Notes: a model not told the origin generated them from the sequence alone. A stretch of DNA of 64,000 nt from Candidatus Poribacteria bacterium (GCA_965214095.1 OZ243938.1:2112001-2176000); one strand, 5' to 3'. Counted from the first letter of the stretch, positions 41,869-51,564 are shown. Made by a program: numbers and translations.

Positions 41869-41973
41869 ATGAAAAATCAAGGCAGATTACACACAATTCT
41901 ATCTGTCAGTGTTTTCATGATTTTCTTAATATGCTGGAGTTGTGAAACAGAAGATAAAGTCGTCGTCAAGTAA
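41869..41973 (+). CDS. 34-aa lipoprotein-signal-like ORF (small lipoprotein or remnant)
   Basis: AGGAG RBS; MKNQGRLHTILSVSVFMIFLICWSCETEDKVVVK*; below the ORF-track cutoff. Confidence 0.45.
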   Translation: MKNQGRLHTILSVSVFMIFLICWSCETEDKVVVK

Positions 41974-42070
41974 TTTCAAAATCTACTATAACAATACTAA
42001 TCACCGCTATATTCATATCATACATTGAGGTAAACACTTGAGTATTACACACATAACTAAGAGGTCACAC

Positions 42071-42565
42071 ATGAAATTAACACGCTCTCTACTCCTTATA
42101 GCAAGCGGTTTCTTGCTTTGTATCACACCCACAGCAACTCTCGCACAACAACAACACAATGCCGATACCCTCACAGCACAAGCGGATGCCAAACGCAACG
42201 CAAAAGATGATATTATTAAAATATCATGGTTAGCCGTTGGCGCATGCGCACCTATCGCCAGTGTGACTGCCGGTTGCATCATCGGGTACGCAGTTGCAGA
42301 CCAAAGTCGTAGCAGTATGGATTACTATTCCTTCGGGAATATCAACTACACAGGATTCTTCGCAGGGGCAGGAGCTACACTCGGCTTGACATACTTATTT
42401 GTCTACACCTATAAAAGCACCCCACCCGCAGAAAGACTGCTCGGCAAATCACCCGAATATATTGAAATCTATACCACCACTTACAAAAAAACAATGCGAT
42501 CCCAACGCCTTATACACACACTCGCAGGCACAGGCGGACTCGCACTCTTGTTGACTCTGCCATGA
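42071..42565 (+). CDS. hypothetical exported membrane protein
   Basis: GAGG RBS, signal peptide MKLTRSLLL.., hydrophobic segments, PPAERLLGKSPEY motif. Confidence 0.7.
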   Translation: MKLTRSLLLIASGFLLCITPTATLAQQQHNADTLTAQADAKRNAKDDIIKISWLAVGACAPIASVTAGCIIGYAVADQSRSSMDYYSFGNINYTGFFAGAGATLGLTYLFVYTYKSTPPAERLLGKSPEYIEIYTTTYKKTMRSQRLIHTLAGTGGLALLLTLP

Positions 42566-42697
42566 ACTTTATATGCCCAACATAATAAAGTGTCAACAAC
42601 AAAATCAGGTTACACGCATTCAACTCTGTGTTAGTCAACATCCAATTTAAAATTATAACTTTCAAGTTTGACTTCATAATGGTCAACTTCTAATTAC

Positions 42698-43027
42698 TAT
42701 AGTGTGGACAGTTTATTTAAGGACTTGGACAGTGCTCTGGACAAGGAGCATCACAGTCATCGGACCTATTTCTTCAATGATACACCTGTCGCCCCGCTGG
42801 GGCTTGTGTGATGGGTAGTATCGCCTCCTATACACCTTTCGTCCCGCTGGGACTGAGGACACGCATGAAATGAGTTGATCCTCTAAAATGACGGTTTTGG
42901 TGTGGTTAGGCAACCGGACCTAAGGAAATCGGGATTACCCAATTAATAAATTAATCTTCATAATTGCGCGGCTACAAACGCGTTTTTCTAAATGGAAAGT
43001 GTATTGTTAATTTCACATTTTACTATA
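42698..43027. mobile_element. TATAGT...ACTATA-bounded composite repeat
   Basis: Contains the ACACCTGTCGCCCCGCTGGGGCTTGT / TATACACCTTTCG.. family also present at 24720-24890. Confidence 0.55.
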
Positions 43028-43080
43028 AATACCCTGTGAGTTATGCACCGAAATAGTATATTCTAGTCGTGAGTATCACG

Positions 43081-44076
43081 TTAGTATGAATTCCACAAAT
43101 AGTTGAGATAGAATCCGACATCACCTTCACGATCGGTTATTCCAACCATTTGAACCCTTAAGTCTAAAAGTTCTGCGGATTCTGTTGGGTAGAAGAACTG
43201 GATACCTTTTTCGCCATCGGTTCCGATGAATTGTGCAAAACCTGTTATGTCTCCGTCCGTTAATTGTTTACCATTTATTGTAACTGTTACATTACTTTCA
43301 CTAAGCGTTGGAGGATTTGTCAGTGCTTTTCCCTCTGGGTAGTATATCCAGATAAGCCATCCATGTCCATCACTGGTGTTATCAGTAGGATCGGTATTAT
43401 CAGGATTATCGGCATCTGCAGGTGTATCATTGTTATTACTGTTATTATCATCACCGTTGTTGCCGTTGTTATTACCACCGTTGTTGCCGTTGTTATCATC
43501 ACCGTTGTTGCCGTTGTTATCATCACCGTTGTTGCCGTTGTTATTACCACCGTTATTGCCGTTGTTATTACCACCGTTATTGCCGTTGTTATTACCACCG
43601 TTATTGCCGTTGTTATTACCACCGTTATTGCCGTTGTTATCACTTCCGGGAGTATTCGTTCCCCTTTGAGTCTCGGCTTGATCTGCCTCTGCCAATGTCT
43701 CAACAAAGTCAGTGGTATCCCCTACCCTTTCGGCTCGCACAATTGGTTTGCCTTCATGATGGAACAGATAAACTGTTTTTTCTGGATAAATGTGGATGAT
43801 AGGTCCATTGGTATCTACCGCGCCATTTACAAGTGGGACAAGATCAATACAGGCGGAATCCGTGTCATTATGAATGCAATATCTCCCACCACGAATGGAG
43901 GTGAGATAATCGTCCACATCCGCATGTGTTAGCATTGAACCTGTAGATGAAATAATCGATCCCGTATGGGAAGGATCGGAACACCCTACAATACTGAAAA
44001 GAACAATTAGTATGCTACTGATGAATCCGAACAATAATAGTTGAATTCTTGACATGACACTCTGTAAGTTTTTCAC
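43081..44076 (-). CDS. lipoprotein with Asn/Gly low-complexity linker
   Basis: Lipobox IVGC; (GGNNNGNN)n; N-terminal domain paralogous to 44101-44784. Confidence 0.75.
   Translation of the reverse strand: MKNLQSVMSRIQLLLFGFISSILIVLFSIVGCSDPSHTGSIISSTGSMLTHADVDDYLTSIRGGRYCIHNDTDSACIDLVPLVNGAVDTNGPIIHIYPEKTVYLFHHEGKPIVRAERVGDTTDFVETLAEADQAETQRGTNTPGSDNNGNNGGNNNGNNGGNNNGNNGGNNNGNNGGNNNGNNGDDNNGNNGDDNNGNNGGNNNGNNGDDNNSNNNDTPADADNPDNTDPTDNTSDGHGWLIWIYYPEGKALTNPPTLSESNVTVTINGKQLTDGDITGFAQFIGTDGEKGIQFFYPTESAELLDLRVQMVGITDREGDVGFYLNYLWNSY
43440..43642 (-). repeat. 24-bp tandem repeat (GGNNNGNN / GDDNNGNN)
   Basis: ccgttgttattaccaccgttattg-type units x~8. Confidence 0.9.
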
Positions 44077-44100
44077 GTAATACTCCTTTCCTAATGGTAA

Positions 44101-44784
44101 TTATAGCGGTTCTAACTTCAGAATATTCGTGTTATCATCAGAGTTGACGTTATCTGCACTGATATGGAAGGTTGCTGTGTTGCTGGGGATCAACCCATTG
44201 ACTTGAATCGTTATCTCTGCGACCGTCGTTTCAACGACAAATTGAACTCCACCCTCAATTTGTGTCGTTTGAGTAATATCAAGGTCTTTTTGATTGTTTG
44301 CGTCTATGGTTAATCCTTCTACAACTCTGACATTCATTCGATCAGTGGAATATATCTGGATAGTCCATCCTTCAGGAATGGGGGCAACGTTCAGATTATG
44401 TCCGGTTGAGGGTAAATTAACTTTACCTTCATTTTCTAATTGCTGCACGAGTTCTGTAGTATCCATTGTTCTTTTGGCTCGCAAAATAGGACTTCCTTGA
44501 TACTCAAATACATAAGCAACGTTTTCTGGATGCACATGGACAGTAGGTGTGTAACCTATATCTGCCCCATCAATCTCTATTTTATCCAGATCAAGTTTGA
44601 CACAAACGGAATCAAATCCGTCTTGCAGGCAAACGGTATCTTCACCTGTTGCATTAAGGTATGTATCTATGTGGTCAATAGAGAGGACCGGACCTGTATA
44701 AGGCGTCTCGGAACATCCTGTTATGCTAAAAATTATAATCAGAATACTACCGATTAAGGCTAATGATAAATGTTTTGTTTTCAT
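44101..44784 (-). CDS. hypothetical lipoprotein
   Basis: Lipobox ITGC; shares C-x5-DSxC, HxxPE and GxPIxRAxR..DTT with its downstream neighbour. Confidence 0.75.
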   Translation of the reverse strand: MKTKHLSLALIGSILIIIFSITGCSETPYTGPVLSIDHIDTYLNATGEDTVCLQDGFDSVCVKLDLDKIEIDGADIGYTPTVHVHPENVAYVFEYQGSPILRAKRTMDTTELVQQLENEGKVNLPSTGHNLNVAPIPEGWTIQIYSTDRMNVRVVEGLTIDANNQKDLDITQTTQIEGGVQFVVETTVAEITIQVNGLIPSNTATFHISADNVNSDDNTNILKLEPL

Positions 44785-45049
44785 GGCTTCAAAATTTCCT
44801 TTGATTTCCTATAAATCTATATGATGCTGTTACTCACCATCGTGTACGAAGTTTGTATTATAACTAAACGAATCATGATTAATATTTGGTACATAATACG
44901 GTATTATAGACGTTGAAATTAGAAATAATGAATCTTTATTTGAAAACGTTCTTTCGTTTCCTGAAACATGAAATACTTGACGCTGCAATTGTGAACGGAC
45001 AAAACCGAACGCTTTTTATAGAAGATAATCTTGATATTATTCTACAAGC

Positions 45050-45079
45050 AGAGGGAACAACCGATCGGTTGTTCCCTCT
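45050..45079. terminator. perfect 30-bp palindrome downstream of the B12 operon
   Basis: AGAGGGAACAACCGA|TCGGTTGTTCCCTCT, ~50 nt past the 45128 stop. Confidence 0.55.
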
Positions 45080-45127
45080 AAGTTTTGTAGTTAGCGCGTG
45101 TTGCACATCAATATGAATTTGTTAAAA

Positions 45128-46780
45128 TCAATACAACACATGCACCCGATTCTTACCACGCAATGTCTCATCAGGCATCACAATCGGTATCTCAACAATT
45201 GCAATAAGCATTCCATCAGCACTGATAGCAAGCGTATCATAAGGAAGCTGTCCTTCCGTGCGATAGGTATATTGGTATTTCGCCAACCCACTATCCTCAG
45301 CAGTTAAGTCAAACACCGAAACCCCATGCAGACTTTCATTCGGATTTTGACTCCGTTTAGATACAGCCAACGCAGCGTAACGTCCCTTTGCATCAACACG
45401 TAAACCTTGTGGCATATTCTCAAGTTTCCACTGCCAAGCCTTCTCACCATTCCACGAATAAGCAAACAACGTCATCCCGTTAGGATGTAACGTAGAGGGA
45501 CGTTGTGCCCCTTTCTGGAGGTGATACGGAATATATGTGTCACCAGTAACAAAGAGTGCAGCAGCATCCGTTGCTCCAATAGTGCCAGTCGTAGCAATAA
45601 TTGGAACATCACTGACCTCCATAGGTGTTGCCAAATTCTGCGTCCATATCGGTTCAGGACGATTCACATCAAATATGTAGGCACGTCCATCATCTGTTGT
45701 GACGTTAACATACTTGCCATTAGGAGACATACTTACACCACGCCAAAAGGTAACCCCTTCAAAATAGGGAGTAAGCGGTTCTATCTCTGCGTGCCACTTT
45801 TCTTCTCCCGTTTCTACATCAAGCACAGACAACGTTCCATTACCCTTACCACTCTCATCTGAAACAAGCGCGAGCATCTTCCCATCAGCACCCACATCAA
45901 ACCAACGAAATATCTTCTGCGTAGTTTCTTCACGAGGAAATTGCCATATAACATCCCCAGATTTTGCATCAAATCGATAGAACAGAGAACGTTTTTGTGG
46001 CGTATCGTTCTGTGTCCACGCATGTACACCGGCAACCAACAGATCACCGTTAGGCAGTGTCCGCATGCACGACTGACCGGGGTAACTCACCCACGCATAG
46101 ACGCTATCAGGATTGGTTGGTGTAGAAGTTTCAATATCATCTGCTGTTCGGTGTTTCCAACGAAACTTCGGTTTAGCACCAGTCAAGTCGTAGCAATAGA
46201 TAAATCCATCCGCCGCTTGTTCACCAACATAGAGCAGTGAACTGTCGGGACTAAATGCAACATGTCGCACATAACCTTCAGAGATACGCGTTTTCCAAAT
46301 CGTCTTACCAGTTATCGGTTGGACAATCGCAAGGTGTCCTTTATCTGTGGCAATAGCAAGTTTCGGTGTATCCGTTCCGTTATCAAGAGCAATGGAAGTC
46401 GGTTTTGCAGGTTGACGCAGATTCTCCATCAACGACAATAATCCATCTAATTCAATGGTTCTGATGAGATAAGAAACAGGTTTCTGTGGTGAAGTTGCTC
46501 CTGTGATACCCGTTCCTGAACGAAACCGATAACTTGTGTTAGGTTGCCATGAAAAGTTCAACAAAATGCGTTTATCATCAATTTTTCGTGATGAAACTGC
46601 TTGAAATGATGTCGTGTTCGGAGTGGATGCAACTTCAATTTTCGTGTCAAGTGCGTCTTTAGTTTCTGATTCAAGCACTACCCCTGTGCGAACCCAGACG
46701 ACGTTCAGTTCAGCCACCACTACACTGGCAGACAAACTAAATAACAATAATAAAAAAGAAAAAATGCGATTCGGTTTCAT
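45128..46780 (-). CDS. secreted PQQ/WD40-like beta-propeller protein
   Basis: Signal peptide; repeats such as TGKTIWK, FDAKSGDVIW, DVETGEEKW and VAFSPDS. Confidence 0.75.
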   Translation of the reverse strand: MKPNRIFSFLLLLFSLSASVVVAELNVVWVRTGVVLESETKDALDTKIEVASTPNTTSFQAVSSRKIDDKRILLNFSWQPNTSYRFRSGTGITGATSPQKPVSYLIRTIELDGLLSLMENLRQPAKPTSIALDNGTDTPKLAIATDKGHLAIVQPITGKTIWKTRISEGYVRHVAFSPDSSLLYVGEQAADGFIYCYDLTGAKPKFRWKHRTADDIETSTPTNPDSVYAWVSYPGQSCMRTLPNGDLLVAGVHAWTQNDTPQKRSLFYRFDAKSGDVIWQFPREETTQKIFRWFDVGADGKMLALVSDESGKGNGTLSVLDVETGEEKWHAEIEPLTPYFEGVTFWRGVSMSPNGKYVNVTTDDGRAYIFDVNRPEPIWTQNLATPMEVSDVPIIATTGTIGATDAAALFVTGDTYIPYHLQKGAQRPSTLHPNGMTLFAYSWNGEKAWQWKLENMPQGLRVDAKGRYAALAVSKRSQNPNESLHGVSVFDLTAEDSGLAKYQYTYRTEGQLPYDTLAISADGMLIAIVEIPIVMPDETLRGKNRVHVLY

Positions 46781-46817
46781 TGATAAATTTCCTCATAATA
46801 TAGACATAAAAAAGATA

Positions 46818-47088
46818 TATAGTGATATGTAAGAATACGTGCACACTCCTCGGTAGATGTGGTTTCCTAACCGCATCTATGAGACTGAACAAACACCGGT
46901 TCGGTTAGGAAACCGAACCATAGGCGTCAATTTAAGAGAATTACGCTATAATTCTAGGCTGGTAGGTTCGGTTTCCTAACCGAACCGGATCTTACGCGAG
47001 AACCTCTATGAAGGTATTTGGCACAAAGCCGGTTCGGTTAGGAAACCGAACCTACCGTCGTGTGTAAATAATTGTGGTTTTAACTATA
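46818..47088. mobile_element. TA-bounded REP-carrying MITE inside the B12 operon
   Basis: TATAGTGATATGTAAGAATACGTGCACAC...GTGTGTAAATAATTGTGGTTTTAACTATA with four palindromes; homologous to the 24560 unit. Confidence 0.7.
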
Positions 47089-47095
47089 AATATAT

Positions 47096-49018
47096 TCAAT
47101 CCGCCACGCGCCACAATCCACGTCCTAATCTTGCCCCTAAAAGCACACCCAAAAATGTATACGCAAAACCCTCAACAAAAATACGGAGCCATATATACCA
47201 GTCCGCGTAAAACAGACGGTAAAAGAGAATAGAGAGTTGAAAATCAACATACACGGTGACAGCATCGCAAATACCAAGCACAAGTGCCCATGCCAGTAGG
47301 CTTCGCCTTCGCACAAATAGAAATCCTGTTTCCAACAGCAAAATGCTTGTCCCTGTATAGATAATCGTCATCGGAGTGAAAAGTCCAAACGTCACAGCAC
47401 CCAGAAGTAGACGCACAGCAGAAACAAGCAGGATCACACCACCTTTATTGACCGTGTTTAGCCCACTATTGTCCTGCTTAGCTTTAACGCCAGGAGCACC
47501 GTAAATATAGATTAACAATGCCGTGAGCAAAGCATAATATAACGTCTCATTGACCAATCCTGTTAACAGAACTGAGACTGGACCAAGAATTACGCGGATA
47601 AAGTTCAGAAAAAGGGTTGACGGCACTACGACTGCCACGAATATCGTTGTGCCGAACAGCGCAATTACAATCAGTTGCTTCGTTGAAAAACGCGCAAAGA
47701 ATTCCCGATGATACCGGAGTAGAACGATAAATCCAGTACAACTCGCTAAAATAGCCAATCCACTCACAAATAGGGCATGTCGGTTTGGCACAACGATATG
47801 CAGCAGTCTTTTGGTCCTGAGGACAGTGGTATCACTCCCCCAAATTTTTACCGAGATTTCGCGCTCATATTCACCTGCGACAGCAAGTTGTGGATGAAAA
47901 TAGATAGGTAAAGGAATAGAAGTGATTTCTCTCGGTGCTAAACTTGCAAAACTAATACTCTGATCTGTTCCTGCATTGACCGCATCAGGAGGTGCAAGAA
48001 ACGGTACTGCTTTTCCAGTGTTCAGATCACGGTTGATTGATGAAACTACGACATGGATTGTCTCTTCACCTTGATTGTTAAGATGGACTGTCTGATAAGT
48101 AGTAGGGGTATATTCGTCTGTTTGCTGTGCACCAAGCCAACTAAACAACGGACGTGGATGGTAAATCGTGTCTTTTCGTTGCCTCAGATCTACTGTTCCT
48201 GCTTCATCTGTTGGCATATCTATTGATGCAATAGAAATATGTTTCTCAATCTCAGGAATAGATGCGACCCGCAATTGAACTGTCGCTTGCTGCTTCCATG
48301 TTTCCCTATCACCAGTTGTCCATCGGACATTACCTGATATGCTCTGTATATTAGGGGGATTCGTTGGACTTATAGGAGAATGAGGCACATCTATTTCCAG
48401 TTCACGATGCCACACTTCTGAAGCAACTTTAAACTCTCCCGTTGTTGAAAGACAGGTTTGTTCATCTGTTGTTTCATCAACCTCCCATTCCGTAGGAATA
48501 CGCTTTATACCCAACGATGAAGGTATACACAACTCTAAATCAAAAGTAGTCGGCACATTACCGTTTGTTACAATAACGGTCGCTGTCATCACGCTTCCCC
48601 GCAGAAGCAGTGCTTTCTGAGTGCTAACTTTAGAACTCTGTGTGTCCAAATTCCTTGCAACACCGTAAGGTATAGCAATCTCAAAGTTGCCACGTGCATA
48701 TTCAAGCGGTGCAGACACTGTTTGAACGACAACATCTCCCGAGGATAGAGTTGCTTCAAACTTATAGGTTTCTCCAGCATCCCATTCAAAATAAACCGAT
48801 TCTATCTGACGTGGCTGCACAGGAAAATCAAGTTGAGCAACCTTGTTTCCATCAGAATTGTAGGCAGAAATCTGTTTTATCGGTACTTGGTTGGCAATCT
48901 GTACTTTGGCACCAAGCGGGAAGAAGGTAATCTGCCATGAGAGTGGTTCATCTGGCTTTTCCTGCCTACAACCAATGAAAAATATTGAAAGAAGCAGCAG
49001 AAATCCCCATTTACCCAT
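47096..49018 (-). CDS. lipoprotein-signal protein with large extracytoplasmic region and C-terminal multi-TM (ECF S-component-like) domain
   Basis: Lipobox FIGC; ~410 aa soluble region; then ~6-7 TM segments including FSTKQLIVIALF. Confidence 0.65.
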   Translation of the reverse strand: MGKWGFLLLLSIFFIGCRQEKPDEPLSWQITFFPLGAKVQIANQVPIKQISAYNSDGNKVAQLDFPVQPRQIESVYFEWDAGETYKFEATLSSGDVVVQTVSAPLEYARGNFEIAIPYGVARNLDTQSSKVSTQKALLLRGSVMTATVIVTNGNVPTTFDLELCIPSSLGIKRIPTEWEVDETTDEQTCLSTTGEFKVASEVWHRELEIDVPHSPISPTNPPNIQSISGNVRWTTGDRETWKQQATVQLRVASIPEIEKHISIASIDMPTDEAGTVDLRQRKDTIYHPRPLFSWLGAQQTDEYTPTTYQTVHLNNQGEETIHVVVSSINRDLNTGKAVPFLAPPDAVNAGTDQSISFASLAPREITSIPLPIYFHPQLAVAGEYEREISVKIWGSDTTVLRTKRLLHIVVPNRHALFVSGLAILASCTGFIVLLRYHREFFARFSTKQLIVIALFGTTIFVAVVVPSTLFLNFIRVILGPVSVLLTGLVNETLYYALLTALLIYIYGAPGVKAKQDNSGLNTVNKGGVILLVSAVRLLLGAVTFGLFTPMTIIYTGTSILLLETGFLFVRRRSLLAWALVLGICDAVTVYVDFQLSILFYRLFYADWYIWLRIFVEGFAYTFLGVLLGARLGRGLWRVAD

Positions 49019-49055
49019 AACAGAATACCTTCTATACCATTACACATAAACTACA

Positions 49056-50354
49056 CTAAAAATGCTGAGCAACGAGGACCAGGTCTAAAATATTAACCTC
49101 ACCATCCCCATTGACATCCCCAACGAGACCTTCACCACTCTCACCGAAATCCTGAGCGACAAGTACGAGATCCTTTATGTCAACAAAACCATCATCGTTC
49201 ACATCTTCATCCCGAGGAACAACTTGAGCAAGTGCCACTTTATCTGTTCCGTGTCCAAGTTGATAGGTTTTGAGAAGTGTCTCATCCATCCCCATGACAA
49301 GGAGTGTAGACAGACCACCACCTGTCCAGTCAGGTTTAGCGATGTAGAGATTACCATCATCCCCAAAAGTCATTCCCGAACCACCAGCAAACTCTTCTAA
49401 TGTGTTATCTTTATCACGAATCCACTCTTGCGATGGCACATCATAAATTAGCAGACCAGGACTCATCCAACCGCCTTGAATAAACAACTGTTTCTCTGAG
49501 TTGATGACAAATGAACCCGGAGTCATTTTCAAATCAACCGTATTAGTAATTTCATCAGTTGTTGCATCAATAAAGACAAGGTTTCCAGTAATATCACTGT
49601 AATTACCTGTCGTCTTTACAATCACTGTGGAATCCCCATCGTTGAGAATACCACCTGCATTGATAGGCACCGAGATCGTCTTTATCACAGAGTCTGTCTG
49701 CGTATCTATGACAGAGACAGTACTCTGATGATAAACGCTTTTGTTTGCTACCGCATCCCACTCCCAAGCAGGATTGGTGACATACGCTTTGCCGTTCAGA
49801 ATCGTGATGCCTGTCGTTTTATTGAAAGACGCATCACTTATGATTTTCGTTACGCTTCGACTACCAATATTAACGACATGCACCTGATGCGTGTTATCAC
49901 AGGTTACATAAATCTTATTCGAGTTCACAAGTGCAAGCTGCTGTGGGTATGATCCTGTTTGAATCGATATGACACCGATAATCTCCCGCCGTTCAAGGTT
50001 GACCATTACTATGCTGTCATGTGTGATATCAGATAGCCAATCGAAATTGGGTATAAAAGCCAGATGTCCATGAATCAGAATGTCACTCGGAACACCGCCA
50101 ATACTAATGACTTCACTATCAACAGCACGATTGAGATTCGGTTCATCAAGATCAACAATGGAAAGGGAAGAAGTGATATTCCAGTCGTCCTTATCCAATG
50201 CATTTATAACTACTGCAAGATTTTCAACTTCTGATTGAGAAAAACCAGAACTGACAAGGAGGGTGAAAAACATCGTCCCAATAAGTAGTAACGATGTCAG
50301 TTTATGGTTGAAACGGCATGAAAGATGTCGCCTAAAGAAAAAATGTCTGTTCAT
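49056..50354 (-). CDS. secreted YncE/YVTN beta-propeller with C-terminal dockerin-like domain (BtuG-like candidate)
   Basis: GGAGG RBS before the ATG at 50354; KIYVT, GKAYVTN, STVSVIDTQTDSVIKTI; EDVNDDGFVDIKDLVLVA..GDVNGDGEVNILDLVLVA. Confidence 0.8.
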   Translation of the reverse strand: MNRHFFFRRHLSCRFNHKLTSLLLIGTMFFTLLVSSGFSQSEVENLAVVINALDKDDWNITSSLSIVDLDEPNLNRAVDSEVISIGGVPSDILIHGHLAFIPNFDWLSDITHDSIVMVNLERREIIGVISIQTGSYPQQLALVNSNKIYVTCDNTHQVHVVNIGSRSVTKIISDASFNKTTGITILNGKAYVTNPAWEWDAVANKSVYHQSTVSVIDTQTDSVIKTISVPINAGGILNDGDSTVIVKTTGNYSDITGNLVFIDATTDEITNTVDLKMTPGSFVINSEKQLFIQGGWMSPGLLIYDVPSQEWIRDKDNTLEEFAGGSGMTFGDDGNLYIAKPDWTGGGLSTLLVMGMDETLLKTYQLGHGTDKVALAQVVPRDEDVNDDGFVDIKDLVLVAQDFGESGEGLVGDVNGDGEVNILDLVLVAQHF

Positions 50355-50549
50355 TAATACCTCCGTAATGAAACAAGAAACCCCTGCTCTCTCTGAGAAG
50401 ACAGGGGACAAGGCGACACTTTTATGTGAAATTAATCCTATTTTCAAGGATAGATAAAATACCTTATATCAGTATTTTTATTTCATTTCGTCAGGATAAT
50501 GTCGTGCTTTGTTCCACCGCTTTCCCGCGAAAGCAGACGCGTGAAACAC

Positions 50550-50780
50550 AATCCAGGCAGGTCTCCTGACTTCCGATTCTTTTGCTATAGATGACAAGTT
50601 CAACTTGTGTTACAAAAGTCCGCTGTACCTTCCCATCAACCGTTGACAGTGGTCTTTTCCAGCGGAAATTCCCATTGAGGAATAAATCGTTTACAGTGGC
50701 GGGGCCGTGGCGGAATCTCACCGCGCTTCCCTATTCTCCGGGGTTTGTCGCAACTCTTGCGAACCGGCACCTGAACCGTT
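50550..50780 (-). ncRNA. cobalamin (AdoCbl) riboswitch
   Basis: Minus strand: AGGTGCC..AATAGGGAAGCGCGGTGAGATTCCGCCACGGCCCCGCCACTGTAA..CCACTG..GGGAAGG..AAGTCAGGAGACCTGCC (B12 box). Confidence 0.95.
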
Positions 50781-50803
50781 CAAATATTCAAATGTATTTG
50801 AAA

Positions 50804-50832
50804 ATTATATCATACTGCACAACTTATTGCAA
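50804..50832 (-). promoter_or_regulatory. promoter upstream of the riboswitch
   Basis: TTGCAA-17nt-TATAAT with extended -10 TGn. Confidence 0.7.
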
Positions 50833-50837
50833 ATTTA

Positions 50838-50969
50838 TTAAACTGGTACAGGCGTGTAAAGTTTTTGGTTCTGGACGAATTTTGTTACGTCGTTGATAGG
50901 TGTTTGGCTATCTGTTTGTCGTGTGATGGCGAACCATGAGTGGTCGCCGAGTCGTAGTGCGAATGTCAT
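50838..50969 (-). CDS. 43-aa small ORF or gene remnant
   Basis: AAGGAG RBS; MTFALRLGDHSWFAITRQTDSQTPINDVTKFVQNQKLYTPVPV*; no recognisable family. Confidence 0.3.
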   Translation of the reverse strand: MTFALRLGDHSWFAITRQTDSQTPINDVTKFVQNQKLYTPVPV

Positions 50970-51140
50970 TGTTTGTCTCCTTGTATGTGGCTATTGGCAT
51001 TTTATTGTCGGTTATTCGTCGGCTGTATGCTGATGGCTGATTGTTAATATTATATCTGATGGGGATGCGGTATGGAGAAGGTGTTGGGATGTTAGAACAA
51101 TGGATTTCTAATGGGATTTCATGTGAGTTGTGCTTTTATT

Positions 51141-51214
51141 TTATCTGAACCAGGATTTTCAGGATTAGTAGATTTACAGGATTATGAGTTTGGCTCTGTC
51201 AAGTTGCTATTCAC
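51141..51214 (+). repeat. dispersed repeat family 'TCTGAACCAGGATTTTCAGGATT'
   Basis: Copies at ~25460(-), 51144, 55474, 55879, 58645, 61595 and 61721(-). Confidence 0.8.
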
Positions 51215-51549
51215 CAACGTTTCAGGCAGGAAGCCCACTTCTTTAGGTGTGGGAGGAATGCCCGTTCCTATATTTTGCTTGACAGAAAACGTCAAGTCTG
51301 TTATTATATGCCCAAGCAAGTCGGAAGTGTCTTGCATATCGGGGCACGTTGATTATATCCGTGTCCAAGTAACTCGAAGACGATAGTTCGCTCGAACAAC
51401 TTCCGAAGTCGGAAGTGTCTGAGGTTCTGTATCGTGGGTCGCTGGGACCCCTCGGTGGCATACAGGTAAAGTTACGAGCCAAGACCGAAGAACATCAAGC
51501 CTGGCAGAAGATTAACACAATCCCATGCCTTTAGGCTTGGGTACCTGAA
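51215..51549 (+). mobile_element. 335-bp non-autonomous IS200/IS605 element with internal promoter and structured RNA
   Basis: Preceded by TTCAC. LE GAAG-CCCACTTCTTTAGGTGTGGG; RE CAAT-CCCATGCCTTTAGGCTTGGG-TACC-TGAA. Removal restores TTCAC|AGTTT, matching the uninterrupted repeat copy near 55520. Confidence 0.85.
51279..51307 (+). promoter_or_regulatory. sigma70 promoter inside the mini-IS
   Basis: TTGACA-17nt-TATTAT. Confidence 0.7.
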
Positions 51550-51564
51550 AGTTTATTCTATCCA

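Noticed and set aside
43264-43932. ORFs with poly-VIT, LLPP or CRCYYHR repeats
   Set aside because: Alternate frames of the 24-bp Asn/Gly repeat.
50491-50896. 76-aa and 101-aa ORFs
   Set aside because: They overlap the cobalamin riboswitch and its promoter.
51111-51482. 91-aa and 79-aa ORFs across the mini-IS
   Set aside because: No RBS or protein motifs; they span repeat and IS-end sequence.
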